A stretch of DNA of 64,000 nt from the human T2T-CHM13v2.0 reference genome, Homo sapiens, in assembly GCF_009914755.1 (NCBI RefSeq), contig NC_060947.1, one strand, 5' to 3'. Under the pieces are notes generated by a model. The model saw nothing but the letters and a program-made list of their open reading frames with translations, was not told the origin of the DNA and made no database searches. The position numbers were made by a program, and so were the translations under genes. Of the stretch, positions 14,126-26,872 are shown piece after piece; position 1 is the first letter of the stretch, and each line of letters starts with the position of its first letter.

Positions 14126-14689
14126 TCCTTATTGATTCCATGAGTCCTCAGGAGTCGGACCTGAATCTTTGCAAATGGACATAGCAACCACGGCAAAGTT
14201 TCAAATATAGTAAAGACACCATGGTGGGCCCAATATTCAGGAGCATAGTGTCAGCTCTGTCTGTAGATATAAGTGTGCATAATGAACAGGGAAATCCAAA
14301 TGCAAATAGACTCTTCTCCAATATGTGTAAGTTGTTTCTACCTCTTCTCATGTCACATTTCTGAGGCTTTCCAAAGCACTCAGTTGCATCCAGGAAGAGA
14401 GGCAAAAGAAAGGAATGGGTGTGCTCATGGTTTCTGGATCTGCAGTGCTGCTCTGGGATGAGAGAGGAAAAAGAGGGGAATCCTGAAGCCCTCCGTCCTG
14501 CAGTGGGTGAGGGAGGGGAGAAAGTACGAGAGTGATGTGCGTGGCCACAATGCTAGGATTCACAGTGGTGGTAGTAGGCTCCCTAAGCTGTGGACAGTCT
14601 GTCTCAATCAGAGCCTCAGAGCTAGCAAAGCACAAAACCTTGCTGGCCTTCATTCCTTGAGTAAGTGAAGTTCCTCACCACCCTCCATC

Positions 14690-15020
14690 CCCCACATAGC
14701 CTTAGTACATATTAGTCCCTTTGCCTGAAAGGCTCGTCCTCTAACTGCTCACATGGCTAATTACTTCTCATCTTTCAGATTTCAGCTCAAATGTCACCTC
14801 CTCAGGAAGGTTTCCTGAACACCAGACCACACTAGTAAACCATCTCTTCCTCTCTTTGTTCTCAATCAGAGCATAGTTCCCCTCAAAACATTTATTTGCT
14901 GTAGAAGTGCGCTCTGTGCACTGCCTGCTCCATGAGGGCAGAGGCATTGTCTGTCGTGTTGACTTTGTGGAGTGCTAACACAGAGTAGACACTCAATCAC
15001 TACTTGTGGAATGAAGGAAT
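14690..15020 (+). mobile_element. L2 3' end fragment
   Basis: 'cagctcaaatgtcacctcctcaggaagg...ctccatgagggcagag...actcaatcactacttgtggaatgaaggaat'. Confidence 0.75.
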
Positions 15021-15867
15021 TGAACTACTCAAGGGACACAGATCATAGTGTCCATGGATGCCCGAGATTTGATGGGGCCACTGAAGGGGCTGGTTAGCAG
15101 CAACCACCTCCTCTAATTTCATGATCTCGTCCCCCACCCCCCACACTAGGAAGACAAGGCCCTGAGATAGCCTGCCTAGCTATCTTGTGTGTGCTCCATT
15201 ATTGCTGCCTCTGCTCTGGGGTCATCACTCTCCTCACAGCAATTTTTCTCCACAGTCCAGCACCTGTTTCCTATTCCTTCTCAAAATTGGCCCCAAAGGA
15301 GGGGTAATGACATGAGTAACATGTCCCTAGGTCTTGGCTGGACTTCTACCTGGCCTCCACACCCTCAGCACCCATATCTAGGCTTGCAGGGATATATCTG
15401 AGGAGCACATTCAGTTCTCTCTAGGATTTGAGAAGGCTTAATCATCAGGGAGCAGTTCGGTAAGGGAGGTGGGAGGGGAAGAGGTGGCAATAGGATGGAG
15501 CCCAGGTATTGCTATCTGCTAAAGAAATCAGTCACTGAAAGGACAGTTGAGGAAGCTACAGCTGGGGAAGGTTATTGATCAGCAGGATGCATAACATGTA
15601 GATTTAGTGCAGACCCCAGAGCTAGGGCAGTGCCCCCTCCCTATTGAACTCATCAGGACATGAGGCCTGAATAAGTGAAGTGTCCTTAAGCACATGGTCA
15701 GATGGAAAAGCTTTTCAGAGAGCTGGGAGGTCTCAGCAGCTTAGCTTCATTGCCCAGTATCCAGTGAGTGGCCTCCAAAGCCAAATGTAAACTGTACCCA
15801 AACCTGGGAAGGCCTACTGTGCTTCTGACTTGGATGCCACTCTCAGGTGTCAATAAATGCCTTGGGA

Positions 15868-17411
15868 TATATTGCAAATCCACCATAATAAAAACAGTAT
15901 GGTACTGGCATAAAAACTGACATGTAGACCAATGAAGCAGAATAGACAGCCCAGGAATAAACTTACATATGTATTATCAACTAAACTTTGACAAGGGTGC
16001 CAAGAGTACGCAATGGGGAAAGAATAGGCTCTTCAATAAATAGTGCTGGAAAAACAGTACATCCACATGCAAAAAAGGAAAATTGAACCCTTGTCTTACG
16101 CCATATATAAAAATTTATTTGAAATGGCTTAAAGATTTAAAAGTAAGGCCTGAAGTGTAAAACTTCTAGAAGCAAACATAGGGGAAAAGCTCCTTGCTAT
16201 TGGTCTTGGTAATGATTGTTTTGGGGTATGATATCAGAAGCACAGGCAAAAAAAGCAAAAATGAACAAGTGGGACTACATGAAATTACAAGGCTCCCACA
16301 CAGCAAAGAAACCATCAGCAAAATGAAATACAAGATACGTATCTGATAAGAGGTCAATACCTATTCATGAAACATGTAAGGAACTTACACAACCCAATAA
16401 CAAACAAACATAAAGAAAATCACAAAACAACATCAAACTCCAAATACATTAATTTTAAAAATGGGCAAATGACCTGAATGGACATTTTTCTGAAGAAGAC
16501 ATACAAATGGCCAATGGATATGTGATAAAATGCTCAACATCACCAATCATCAGGAAAATGCAAATCAAAATAATCATGAGATTTCACCTCACACCTGTTA
16601 GTATGGCTAGTATCAAAAAGACAAGAGATAAGAAGTGTTGGCAAGGGCGTGGAGAAAAGGGAGCTCTTGTACACTCTTGATGGGACTGTAAATTGGTGCA
16701 GCAACCGTGGAAACCTATGGAGGATCCTAAAGAAAAAAAAATTGAACTACCATATGACCCAGCAATCCTTCTTTTGGTATATATCCAAAGGAAATTAAGT
16801 GACTCTCTCATAAAGATATCTGCACTCCCATGTTCATTGCAGCATTATTTACAATAGCCAAGCTATGGAATCAACCTAAATGTCCATTAATGGATAAACA
16901 GATAAAGAAAATATGGTATATATACCCAGTGGGATGTCATTCAGCCATAAAGAAGATCCTACCACTTCTAACAACATGGATGAACCTGGAGGACATTATG
17001 TTAAATTAGCCAGGCACACAAAGTCTTACATGTAGAATCTAAAAAAGTTGAAATCAAACTCATAAAAGCAGAATAGAGGTTGCCAGGGGCTGGAAGGTGG
17101 GGGATTTGGGAGATGACGATCAAAGGGTATAAACTTTCAGTTATAGGATGAGTAATTGCTGGAGATCTAATGTACCGTATGGTGACTATAGTTAATACTG
17201 TATTATATCCTTGAAACTTGGTAAAAGAGCAGATTTTAAGTGTCCTCACTGCCTGCCCCCCTCCCGCAAGCGGTAACTATGAGTGGTAATGATTTGACTG
17301 CAGTAATCAGTATGCGATACATAAGTATATCAAATCATCATGTTGTATACCTTACATATATACAATGTTTGTCAATTAAATATTTTAAAATTTAAAAATA
17401 ATGACAACAAA
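15868..17411 (+). mobile_element. 5'-truncated L1MA (L1MA8/9-type) with intact TSD
   Basis: ORF2 C-terminus plus 3' UTR 'caaagggtataaactttcagttataggatgagtaa...'. 17-bp TSD caataaatgccttggga (15851-15867) / caaaaaatgccttggga (17412-17428). Confidence 0.9.
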
Positions 17412-18454
17412 CAAAAAATGCCTTGGGACACCCTCACCATACATTTCAAATTGATCTTGGAATTGAACTGTACTTCTCTGGGCCAGGGGCTGGGGCTAAG
17501 GTGAACACCCTATGCAGGGCAGTCTTGCATGAAGCCACAGTAGCAAGGCCACTGATGGAACTTACCTCCAGGATTCAGCACCTTATACCTGTGAATTTGC
17601 TACACCCCCCATGACCTCTCTAGCTCCAGAATGCAGCCAAAGTAAGTGTGTAACTATTTCTCAGGTGAGAAAACCAAAGAGGGGGCATAGAGAGGATTTG
17701 CTCACTGTAAAAAATGCACCAGACAGGGTCAGAGCTCCAGTCTGAGCCTCCAGGTGCCTTGAGCTAAACTCTGGCCCATGCTCCTTACTGCTTTTGCCTA
17801 TTAGAGATGACCTATGTCTGAACCTGTTTTTTCACCTTGACCTGGGTCACAAAGTCTCAAATAGGGGCCCTGGAGGCTGCCATGGAAGGAAAAGAGAGAG
17901 AGCTCAAAAAGGCAGAGAGCTGAATTCCTTCACTTGTATCTGTTCTACAGAACAATAATTCTTCAGCTAAATCAAGCTGAAAGTCTTGGGGTGGAGTGCT
18001 CTGCCTTAGAGTTCTATGGTTTTCATGGCCCTTAGATTTCAAAGAATTGTCTTTTCTTTGCTCTTGTTTCTCCTCTCTGTGCTCCCACTTCCCTCCCTCC
18101 CTCTCCACTAATTTCCCCTTCTCTCACTTGCCCAAACCCTGTCTCCTTAGAGATCACTTTCCAAAATTGTAAATTCTTTTAACTGAGACTGGCCCAAATT
18201 CTTGTGATGGGGCACTGCTGCCTAGATTAGGGGAACAATAGTGGGCATGTGGAGCCCAAGGCCCACCGACCAAGCAAGCAGTCTGCAGAACTGAGGGACA
18301 GGCGGGCTCCTTACTGAGGACAGCAGTCAGTGAAATGGCAGCAGCCAGTAGCTAACTCAGGAAGAGCAAACACATTATTTCCCTCTGAGCCAAAACTCAG
18401 TGGGCCTGTGGAGAGTAGGGAATGTGTGCCAGCCCCCAAATGCTATTCAAAGCA

Positions 18455-18850
18455 TTGAAGTCAATGGGTATTTATTGGGTTTTTACTTTGTGCCAGGCCC
18501 AGTGCTGAGCACTCCAATGTTGCATGAGTCTCAAAGCTCTCCCAGCTTTGCATGGGAGTGGGAAATGTGCACTGGGAATTCTAATACAGGAGTCGTAAGG
18601 GACTCCAGGTGAGCAGCACACAGAGCAGTCTTTAGGGGTTGGAGTGAGGAAGAATCGCCAGTGGCTGGGCACAAGGAGGAGAAGAATAGCAAGCTAGGCC
18701 TCTGGATGGGGTGGCCTTTTGGATAGATTGGGAAGACAGTGGAGATTTTGAGAAGCAGATATGGGGGAAAGCATGCCAGCAGGAGGCGCAAGCATGCTGA
18801 AAGGCACAGCAGTAGGGATGGACACAGTGAGATGGAGGGCCTGATTGGCA
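18455..18850 (-). mobile_element. L2 fragment
   Basis: Antisense L2 3' end 'tatttattgggtttttactttgtgccaggcccagtgctgagcact'. Confidence 0.6.
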
Positions 18851-19654
18851 ATCAGATGCCATATTGTATGAATCCTACCAGGCTCAGGGATCTGTCTTAT
18901 CAATTCATTATCTTTTCATGGACTCTTTTTAAAGCCCCCAGTTGACTGCTCTGCCTCCAATCTCCCCCACCTCTGACCTCACATCTTGGGAGTTGCCGTA
19001 AAATATAGCATGAATCATGTTTTATACCATATCCAACTCCAAGTCCAGAGATGAGGGAGGAGCCTTGAGCATTCACAGGGGCAGGAATTGAGGAATCTTA
19101 CAGATCACATTATGATTCTGTGAGCTGGGGATGGGAAACTTCCAGCTCACCAGGGCTCCTCCACACCTTTAGTATGGATCTGGGTTTATCTTACTAATAC
19201 CTGCTCTACAGCTGGGAGACACTATAGAACACTGCCCAGCTGTAGGCAGCTGTTAGTAAGATATCTCCTTCAGTTCAGGCTCATGTGTTGGAATCAAGGA
19301 TTGACTGACATTCCAAAGAAGACTTACCTTTGAAAAACAGAGTTTTTATTCTACTTCAAACTCTCTGAATTTGGGAGAGGCTAAGAATGTTCACAGAGCC
19401 TCAGCTGCCACTGGTGTCCAGTCCAAGGTGTGCTGCAGGGTTTTGAAGGGATGGCCCCAAGGCTATTTGAGATTATCTGGAAGCCCATCTTGGGACTTGG
19501 GCTTGAGCTTCAGAGGGCAGGAGGCCCAGTGAGGAGGTGATGGTCATCCCCAGTTTCTTTTCTTCTGCTCTAGTTTCACTGAGAAGCTAAGAGAAAGGGA
19601 AGTGGCCTGGGGAGCTGAAAGAACCAGCAGATAGGGGAAAGGGGAAGGTGAAGA

Positions 19655-19890
19655 GGCAATGAAGTACAATGGAAGGGCCCTAGACTTTGGACTCAGGTGG
19701 TCCAAGGCCCAATTATGCCATCCACTAACTGTGGACCCCAGGAAAATCACTTCCCTAATCCTAATCATCCTCATTTATAAAATGCGGCTAATAATAGTAC
19801 TTCCGGCATAGGGTTATTGTGAGAATTTAAGATATAAACCACTGGATGCCTGAAACAAGGTAGACCCCTATAAATGAAAGCTATTGGCAG
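19655..19890 (+). mobile_element. MIR SINE
   Basis: 'ccactaactgtggaccccaggaaaatcactt...cctcatttataaaatgcggctaataatagtac...gggttattgtgagaatttaa'. Confidence 0.75.
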
Positions 19891-20699
19891 AAATGGTATT
19901 GTTGTTTATCATTATCACCAACAGTATCTTCATCAACAAGTTTGATCCTTTGGGGACCTACAGTAGGTGACGATGAGCATGCTTCCATTTGAAGCATGTA
20001 GTTCAATTAACTTGTCTTGATATGGATGACCCAAGAAGTTGTAGAAGTCTGGGAAAGGGCCTAGGTATAAACTTATTAAGGGAAATAAAAGTTGTTCTGG
20101 AGTAACTCCTACATAAAAAGAGACTCCTGGCCTTCTCCTGGAAGAGGGATGGTGTCCAGAGGTTGTAATGGTCAGAATGACCCTGTCAGTATCTCTGTGG
20201 CTCACACTGGACCTGATCCTCTTTTAGGTCAACCTTGTGTGCATTCCACCCCCTGCCACTTTTGTCTTTATGGTCTGTTTCCTGATGGCTCAGTGAGGGA
20301 AGGAGCAACACAGTAGCCCGACTCTGATGCATTCACGCTGCCTTCACAGCGGTGGCTCACTGAGGATGCTGACTGTGAGATGATCTACTTAGGCTGGAAC
20401 ATGCTGCCCTTTTGTAATGCTTAAGTACCCACTCTATGTGTTTGGGCTGATGTATCCCTGTGTGGTTTAAATGCCAGGTATTTGGGTGTGTAGGAGGGTG
20501 GTACAGCATTGCAAGGACAGATCAGCAGATGAGAACCCTATGAAACATTTGCTCTATTTCTGGCCTTGCTGAGCCATTCTCACCCAAGACTGCAGCAAGA
20601 CCAGGAGCTCTTTGGGCTGATATTCTCTTTCCCATCCGAAGGGTCTGGAAAAGCTATGTTATTGCCCAAAAGATAAACAGGACCCTTGGAAGGTCGGTG

Positions 20700-20830
20700 G
20701 AACAACTATTATTCTTCCCATTTTACAGATGTGCTAATAGAGACAGAGAAATGAAGTGAATTCCCATAAGGCCACACAGCTAGTAAAGGAAGAGAAAAAA
20801 TGTGATATCAAGGGGCCCAATGGGCTCTGA
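20700..20830 (-). mobile_element. MIR fragment
   Basis: 'cccattttacagatg...gaagtgaattcccataaggccacacagctagtaa'. Confidence 0.7.
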
Positions 20831-20909
20831 ATATTGAAGAACCTTGTGCAGCAATCAGACAAATGGCACCAAAGGTTACCTGCTATATGTGATTCTCTGC
20901 CTATGTATT

Positions 20910-21385
20910 TATTTATGTTGTGGTAAAATGCACATAACTTCAAATTCACCATTTTAACCATTTTAAAGTTTACATTTCAGAGGCATGTAGTACATTCACA
21001 ATGTGCAAGCATCAATGTTATCTAGTTTCAGAACATTTTCATCATCCCAAATGGAAACACTGTATCTATTAAAGAGTCGCTCCCCATTTCCCCTGAGCCC
21101 TCCAGCCCTAGATAACCACTCATCTGCTATATGTCTCTACGGATTAGCTTCTTCTGGATATTTCATATGAATGGAATCACACAACATGCAGTCTTTGTGT
21201 CTGGCTTCTGATTTCACTGGGCATAATGTGTTGCAAGATTCAGCCACGTTGCAGAATGTGTCAGAGCTTCATTCCCTTTTATGGCCAAATAATACTCCAT
21301 TGCATGAATGGATAAACATTTTCTTTACCCATTCATCAGTTAATGGTTATTTGTTGTTGTTTTCTCATCTTTGTCTATTGTGAAT
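20910..21385 (-). mobile_element. L1MB-type 3' UTR fragment
   Basis: 'tgtggtaaaatgcacataac...ttcaccattttaaccattttaaagt...cagaacattttcatcatcccaaatggaaac'. Confidence 0.85.
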
Positions 21386-21569
21386 GGTACATTTCAACAG
21401 AAAAGTTAAAGTTTTAATGCATACTTATTATTGTGCAACACAGTGATGGATCATAAATGAGAAGTCAGAAGAATATAACTCTGAGGCAAATCAAGTTTAA
21501 AACATGTATCCACACTGAATATTGTCACAGAATGCAAAACTCAGTACCTTATGCTCTTGGGAAACAGTC

Positions 21570-22185
21570 ATGCATTCATGGAACGGAGCCACTCATCCAA
21601 CAAACATATATAGAACATAATCTGTGTGCCAGGCACTAAAGGAAAGCAGTTGAACAAAATATATAGAAGCCACTGCTTTCACAGAGATCACAATCTTATA
21701 AAGGAGAGAGACAGCAGACGTTGGCAAAAGAGTGTGATGAGTGCTACCTTCTAGATAAACTGGTAGAATGGGGAACACAGGAAGGGAGGGAGCCGGAAAC
21801 ACCCACCTAGAGGATCTAAGAATTGACAGATGAGAAAAGTGTGGAGAGAGGCAAGGGAGAGTGTTCCATGCAGAGGGAAGTAACATGTTCTAAGACATAG
21901 AGTGATACAATGAAGAACCAAAATAAATAATCAATGGGGAGCCATTGGAGAATATAAAAGAAGAAAATGTCATGACAAAAATCCACATTTTAGAAATATC
22001 ACTCTGGATGCAGAGCTATTAATGTACTTGGGGGGAGTAAAGGGTGAATGTAGAAAGACAAGTTAGGGTGAATTATGGCAATATAGGCAAGTAATGATGT
22101 TGGTTTGGACTTCGATAGTAGGGGCCGAGATTGACAGAAGAGGACAGATTCAATATTTATTTATAAGGTAGATTTAACAAGTTAT
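21570..22185 (-). mobile_element. L2 3' portion
   Basis: 'cattcatg...actcatccaacaaacatatatagaacataatctgtgtgccaggcact...ggggagccattggag...ttttagaaatatcactctggatg'. Confidence 0.75.
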
Positions 22186-22189
22186 GGTA

Positions 22190-22512
22190 TGTTTCCTCAT
22201 TTGAATTCTGTAATATCTCACTTTCTTGATTTTCCTCCTACCTCACTGTCTGCTCCTTCTCAATTTCTATTGCCAGATCCTCCTTCTGTTCCAAAACTCT
22301 TAGATTTGGAGTGACCCAGGACTCGGTACTTGGACTCTTCTAGTCTTTCTCTTTACGCTGTACCCCTTGGCGATCTTATCCAGTTTTATAGCTTTCAATA
22401 TTATCTATATGCTTATGGTTTCCAAGTTTATATCTCTAGTGTGAACCTCTCCCCTAAACTCCTCACTCACATATCCCATTGCCAACTTGACGTCTCTACT
22501 TGATTATCAAAT
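22190..22512 (+). mobile_element. L2 internal (RT region) fragment, head-to-head with the preceding L2
   Basis: 'ttttcctcctacctcactgtctgctccttctca...ttggagtgacccaggactc...tatctatatgcttatggtttccaagtttatatctctag'. Confidence 0.78.
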
Positions 22513-22514
22513 CG

Positions 22515-23768
22515 TACTTCATTGCTTTTGTAAAATTCTAGTCAGACAAATTTGGCTAGAAAAAAGACATCTAAATTGTAAAGAAAGAAGTAAAACTATC
22601 TCTATTCACAGATGTAATGATCTTATATATATAAAATCCCAAAGAATCCATAAGAAAGCTTCTAGAGCTAATAAAAAAATTCAGCCAAGTTTCAGGGAAC
22701 AAAATCAACACATAGAAACCAGTTGTTTCTATACACCAGCAATAACCAGTTCAAAGCAATAAATTAAACTTAGCATATGAAAGGCATGCAAACTGCGAAC
22801 TGACTGAAAACTGCAAAACATTGCTGAAAGAAATTAAAAACCTAAATAAATAGAAAGTCAGCCTGTGTTAATTAATGAGGAGGCTTAATATCGTTAAGAT
22901 GGCAATACTACCCAAAGCAATCTATAGAGTCTACACAATCTTTATCAAAATTCTAACAGGACCTTTTGAAGAAAGAGTAAAGTTGATCCCAACTGTGGCC
23001 CTGAATGGAACAGACGGTTTGGCAGCCATTTAGAATCAACTGTTTATGATTAAAGCCTCAGTGGGTAGTGCAGGGCCCTGCAGACGGAAGCCTGTCACTT
23101 CTGATCACGGAATTGTAAGGGTCCCCAAATAGCCAAAAGAATGTTGAAAAAGAAAAACAATTTAGAGGGCTCACACTTTCCTGATTTCAAAACCTAATAC
23201 AAAGCTGCAGTAATCAAAATAGTGTGGTGCTGACATAAGGATAGACATATAGACCAATGAAATAGAACTGAGGTCCAGAAATAGATTTATGACCAATTGA
23301 AATTTGGCCATTCAATGAGAAAACAATAGTCTTTTCAACAAATGATTCAGGAACAACTAGATTTCTACATGCAAAAGAATAAAATGTGGACCCACTATCT
23401 CACACCTTATAAAAATTTAATGAAAATTGATCAATGGTCTAAATGTAAGTGATAAATCTTAAACTTTTTAGAAGAGGACATAAGAATAAATCTTTATAAT
23501 ATCAGATTTGGTATTAGCATCTTAGGACACTAAAGGCACAGGCAACAGCAACAAAAAAATAGATAGATTGGACTTCAACAAAATTAAAATAAACCTTTAT
23601 GCATTCATGTACACCATTATGAAAGTGAAAAGACACCCTACAGAGCGATAAAAAATATTTTCAAGTCATATATCATCTGATAAGAGTTTGATATCCAGAA
23701 TATACAACATAATACACTGTTACAATGCAACAACAAAAAGACAAAAACCCACTTTAAAAATAGGCAAA
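22515..23768 (+). mobile_element. L1MB/L1M4-type ORF2 fragment, hosting a 115-bp foreign insert and an L1MA; resumes at 26243-26390
   Basis: 'gttaagatggcaatactacccaaagcaatctatagag...ggaattgtaagggtccccaaatagccaaaa'. Confidence 0.82.
22993..23107 (+). repeat. Dispersed 115-bp direct duplicate of 27096-27210
   Basis: Ungapped manual alignment gives 111/115 identity at offset 4103 bp. Confidence 0.97.
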
Positions 23769-26001
23769 CTGGACAGGAAAACACAGAAAGCTTTTCCATT
23801 AAAAACTGGAAAAGGAAAAGGATGACCACTTTCACCATTGTTACTCAACATAGTACTGGAAGTCGTAGCCAGAGCAAGTAGGCAACAGAAAGAAATAAAA
23901 GGAATCCAGATTGGAAAGGAGGAAGTCAAATTGTCCCTGTTTGCAGATGACACGATCTTATATATTAATAAAAACCTAAAGACTCTGCCAAAAACCTCTT
24001 GGAACTGATAAATGAATTCAGTAAATTTGCAGGATACAAAATCAACATAGAAAAATCAGTAGTAAACTGATATACATGAACAACAAGCTAGCTGAAGAAG
24101 AAAACAAGAAGGCAATCCAATTTACAATAGGTACAAAAATATATACCTAAGAATACATTTAACCAAAAAGGTGAACGGCCTCTACAAGGAAAACTACCAA
24201 AAAAAAAAAAAAAACTGATGAAACAAATTGAAGAGGTTACAAAAAAATGGAAAGACATTTGTTCCATGCTTATGGATTGGAATAATTAACATTGTTAAAA
24301 TGACCATACTACTCAAAGCAATCTACAGATTCAAGGCAATCCCTACCAAAATATCAATGACTGTCTTCACAGAAACAGGGCAAAATATTTAAATGTGTAT
24401 AGAACCACAAAAAATCTCAGATAGCCAATGTAATCCTAAGCAAAAAGAACAAAGCTGGAGGCATCACACTACCAGACTTCAAAATATACTACAAAGCTAT
24501 AGTAACTAAAAGAGCATAGTACTGATATGAAAACAGACACATAGACCAATGTAACAAAATAGAGAACCCAGAAATCAATCTATGTATTTGCAGCCAATTG
24601 ATTTTTGACACAGGTGCCAAGAACACTCGTTGTGGAAAGGCCAGTTTCTTCCATAAATAGTGCTGGGGAAAATTGGATACCCATGCACACAAGAATGAAA
24701 CTAGACCCACACCTCTCATCCTACACAAAAATCACTCAAAATGGATGAAAGACCCAAATGTAATACCTAAAACTACAAAACTAGTAGAGGAAAATATTAG
24801 GGAAATTCTTTAGGACATTTGTCTGGGAAAAGATTCTATGAATAGGACTTCAAAAGCATAGGCAGAAAAAGCAAAAATAAACACATAGAATTAAATTAAA
24901 CCAAAGGCCTTCTGCACAGCAAAGGAAACAATCAACATAGTGAAAAGACAACCTACACAATGAGAGAAAATATTAGCAAATTATTCATCTGAAAAGGGAT
25001 TAATAACCCGAATATATAAGGAATTCAACAGCAAAATAATAAAAGCCGAACTATCCAATTAAATATAGGCAAATGATCTAACAGAAATTTCTCAAAAGAA
25101 GACATACAAATGGCCAACAAATAGATTAAAAAATGCTCAACATTACTAATCAAAAGTGAACTGCAAATCAAAACCACAATGAGATGTCATTCACATCTGT
25201 TAGAGTGGCTACTATAAAAAAGACAAAAAAAAAATTCTGGCAAGGATGCAGAGAAAAGGGAACTCTTACACACTGTTGGTGGGAATGTAAACTAGTATAG
25301 CCACTATGTAGAACAGTATGGAGATTGCTCAAAAAACTACAAATAGAACTACCATATGATCCAGCAATCCCACTACTGGGAATTTATCCAAAGGAGATGA
25401 AATCAGTATATGAAACAAACATCTGCACCCCTATGTTTATTGCAGCACTATTCCCAATAGCCAAGATATGGAATCAACCTAGGTGTCCAACAACAGATGA
25501 GTTGGTAAAGAAAATGTGATACACATAAACGATGGAGTACTAATCAGCCATAAAAAAGAATGAAATCCTGACATTTGCAACAACATGAATGAAACTAGAG
25601 GACATGATGTTAGGGAGAACAGGCCAGGAGCAGAAAGTCAAACAATGCATGTTCTCACTCATATGTGGAAGCTAAAAATGTTTATCTTATAAAAGTAAAA
25701 AGTAGAATAGAGGCTGAGAAGGGTAAAAGAAAGGGGTGGGGGTAGGCAGAAGTTTGTTAAAAGATGCGAAATTACAGCTGGATAGGAGGAATAATTTCTA
25801 GTGTTCTATACCACAGTAAGATGACTATAGTTAACAATAATATATCGTCTTAAATAGCTAGGAGAGGGATATTGAATGTTTCCACACACAAAGAAATGAT
25901 AAATGTTTGAGATTGTGTATATGCTAATTATGCTGATCTGATCACTCTACATGTCTTGAAACATTACTATGTACCTCATGAATATGTATAATTATTATAT
26001 G
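23769..26001 (+). mobile_element. 5'-truncated L1MA (L1MA4/5-type)
   Basis: ORF 25325 reads [20 protein letters not shown]. 3' UTR 'attacagctggataggaggaataatttctagtgttctata...aaagaaatgataaatgtttgagat'. The poly-A end is missing. Confidence 0.88.
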
Positions 26002-26242
26002 CCACATGTTCTCACTTATAAATGGGAGCTAAATGATGAGAACACATGGACACATAGAGGGAAACAACACACACTGGGGACTTTCAGAGGGTGGAGGGTG
26101 GGAGAGGAAGATCAGGAAAAATAACTAATGGGTACTAGACTTAATATCTGGGTGAGGAAATAATTTGTACAACAAACCCCCATGACATAAGTTTACCTTT
26201 GTAACAAACCTGCACTGTACCTCGAATTTAAGGTTAAAAAAA
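26002..26242 (+). mobile_element. L1PA (about L1PA12-14) 3' UTR fragment
   Basis: 'gagctaaatgatgagaacacatggacacatagaggg...ggaaaaataactaatgggtactag...acaacaaacccccatgaca' plus a short A tail. Confidence 0.88.
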
Positions 26243-26644
26243 GAAAATGTAAAATCAAAATCTTAACGAGATGCCACTTTATACCTACCAGGATAGCTGT
26301 GTTTTTTTTTTTTCTTTTTTAAAAAGAAAAAAGTGTTGTCAAGGATGTGGAGAAATTGCAATCCTGGTATATTGCTTATGGGAATGTAAAACACGTCAAC
26401 CAACCACTCAGACCAAGATCAAGAGCATCGCCTGACACCATGGCAACCAACCGTGTGCTCCTTCCCTAGCTCATCTCTGGTTTTCCTCCCCATAACAGAG
26501 ACAGTGGTACTTCTGGTTACAGTGGTACCAACTTTCTGGTTATCATACACTTGTCTTTTATTTCTTAAGTTTTGAAATACATATTTCTAAATATATATTA
26601 AAGAAGCTATTGCTTACTTTTACTAGCCTGATATCTAAAAATGG

Positions 26645-26872
26645 TATCATATTCAATATGATACACCATATTAATAGAATAAAAGGAAAAAACCCCACAT
26701 GATCTTGTTTGTGCCCAGAAAAAGTATTTGACAAAGTATAACATCCTTTTATAATAAAAACACTGAACAAACTAAGAGTAGAAAGGAACTTCCTCTACCC
26801 GATAAAGCATTCTGTGAAAAAAAGCCACAGATAACATCACACATGTTACAAAACTGAACTTTCCCCCAAGTC
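26645..26872 (+). mobile_element. L1 ORF2 RT fragment
   Basis: 'tcaatatgatacaccatattaatagaataaaagg...aaactaagagtagaaaggaacttcctc...actttcccccaag'. Confidence 0.78.

Noticed and set aside
13647-14135. 162-aa ORF
   Set aside because: It runs through MIR remnants and the G-rich tract, with no recognisable domain or coding-like composition.
15625-15645. Partial CTCF-like motif (cagtgccccct)
   Set aside because: Only half of the core matches.
19978-19998. Hairpin catgcttc-cattt-gaagcatg
   Set aside because: An 8-bp stem is expected by chance in 64 kb, and it does not extend to a pre-miRNA-like fold.
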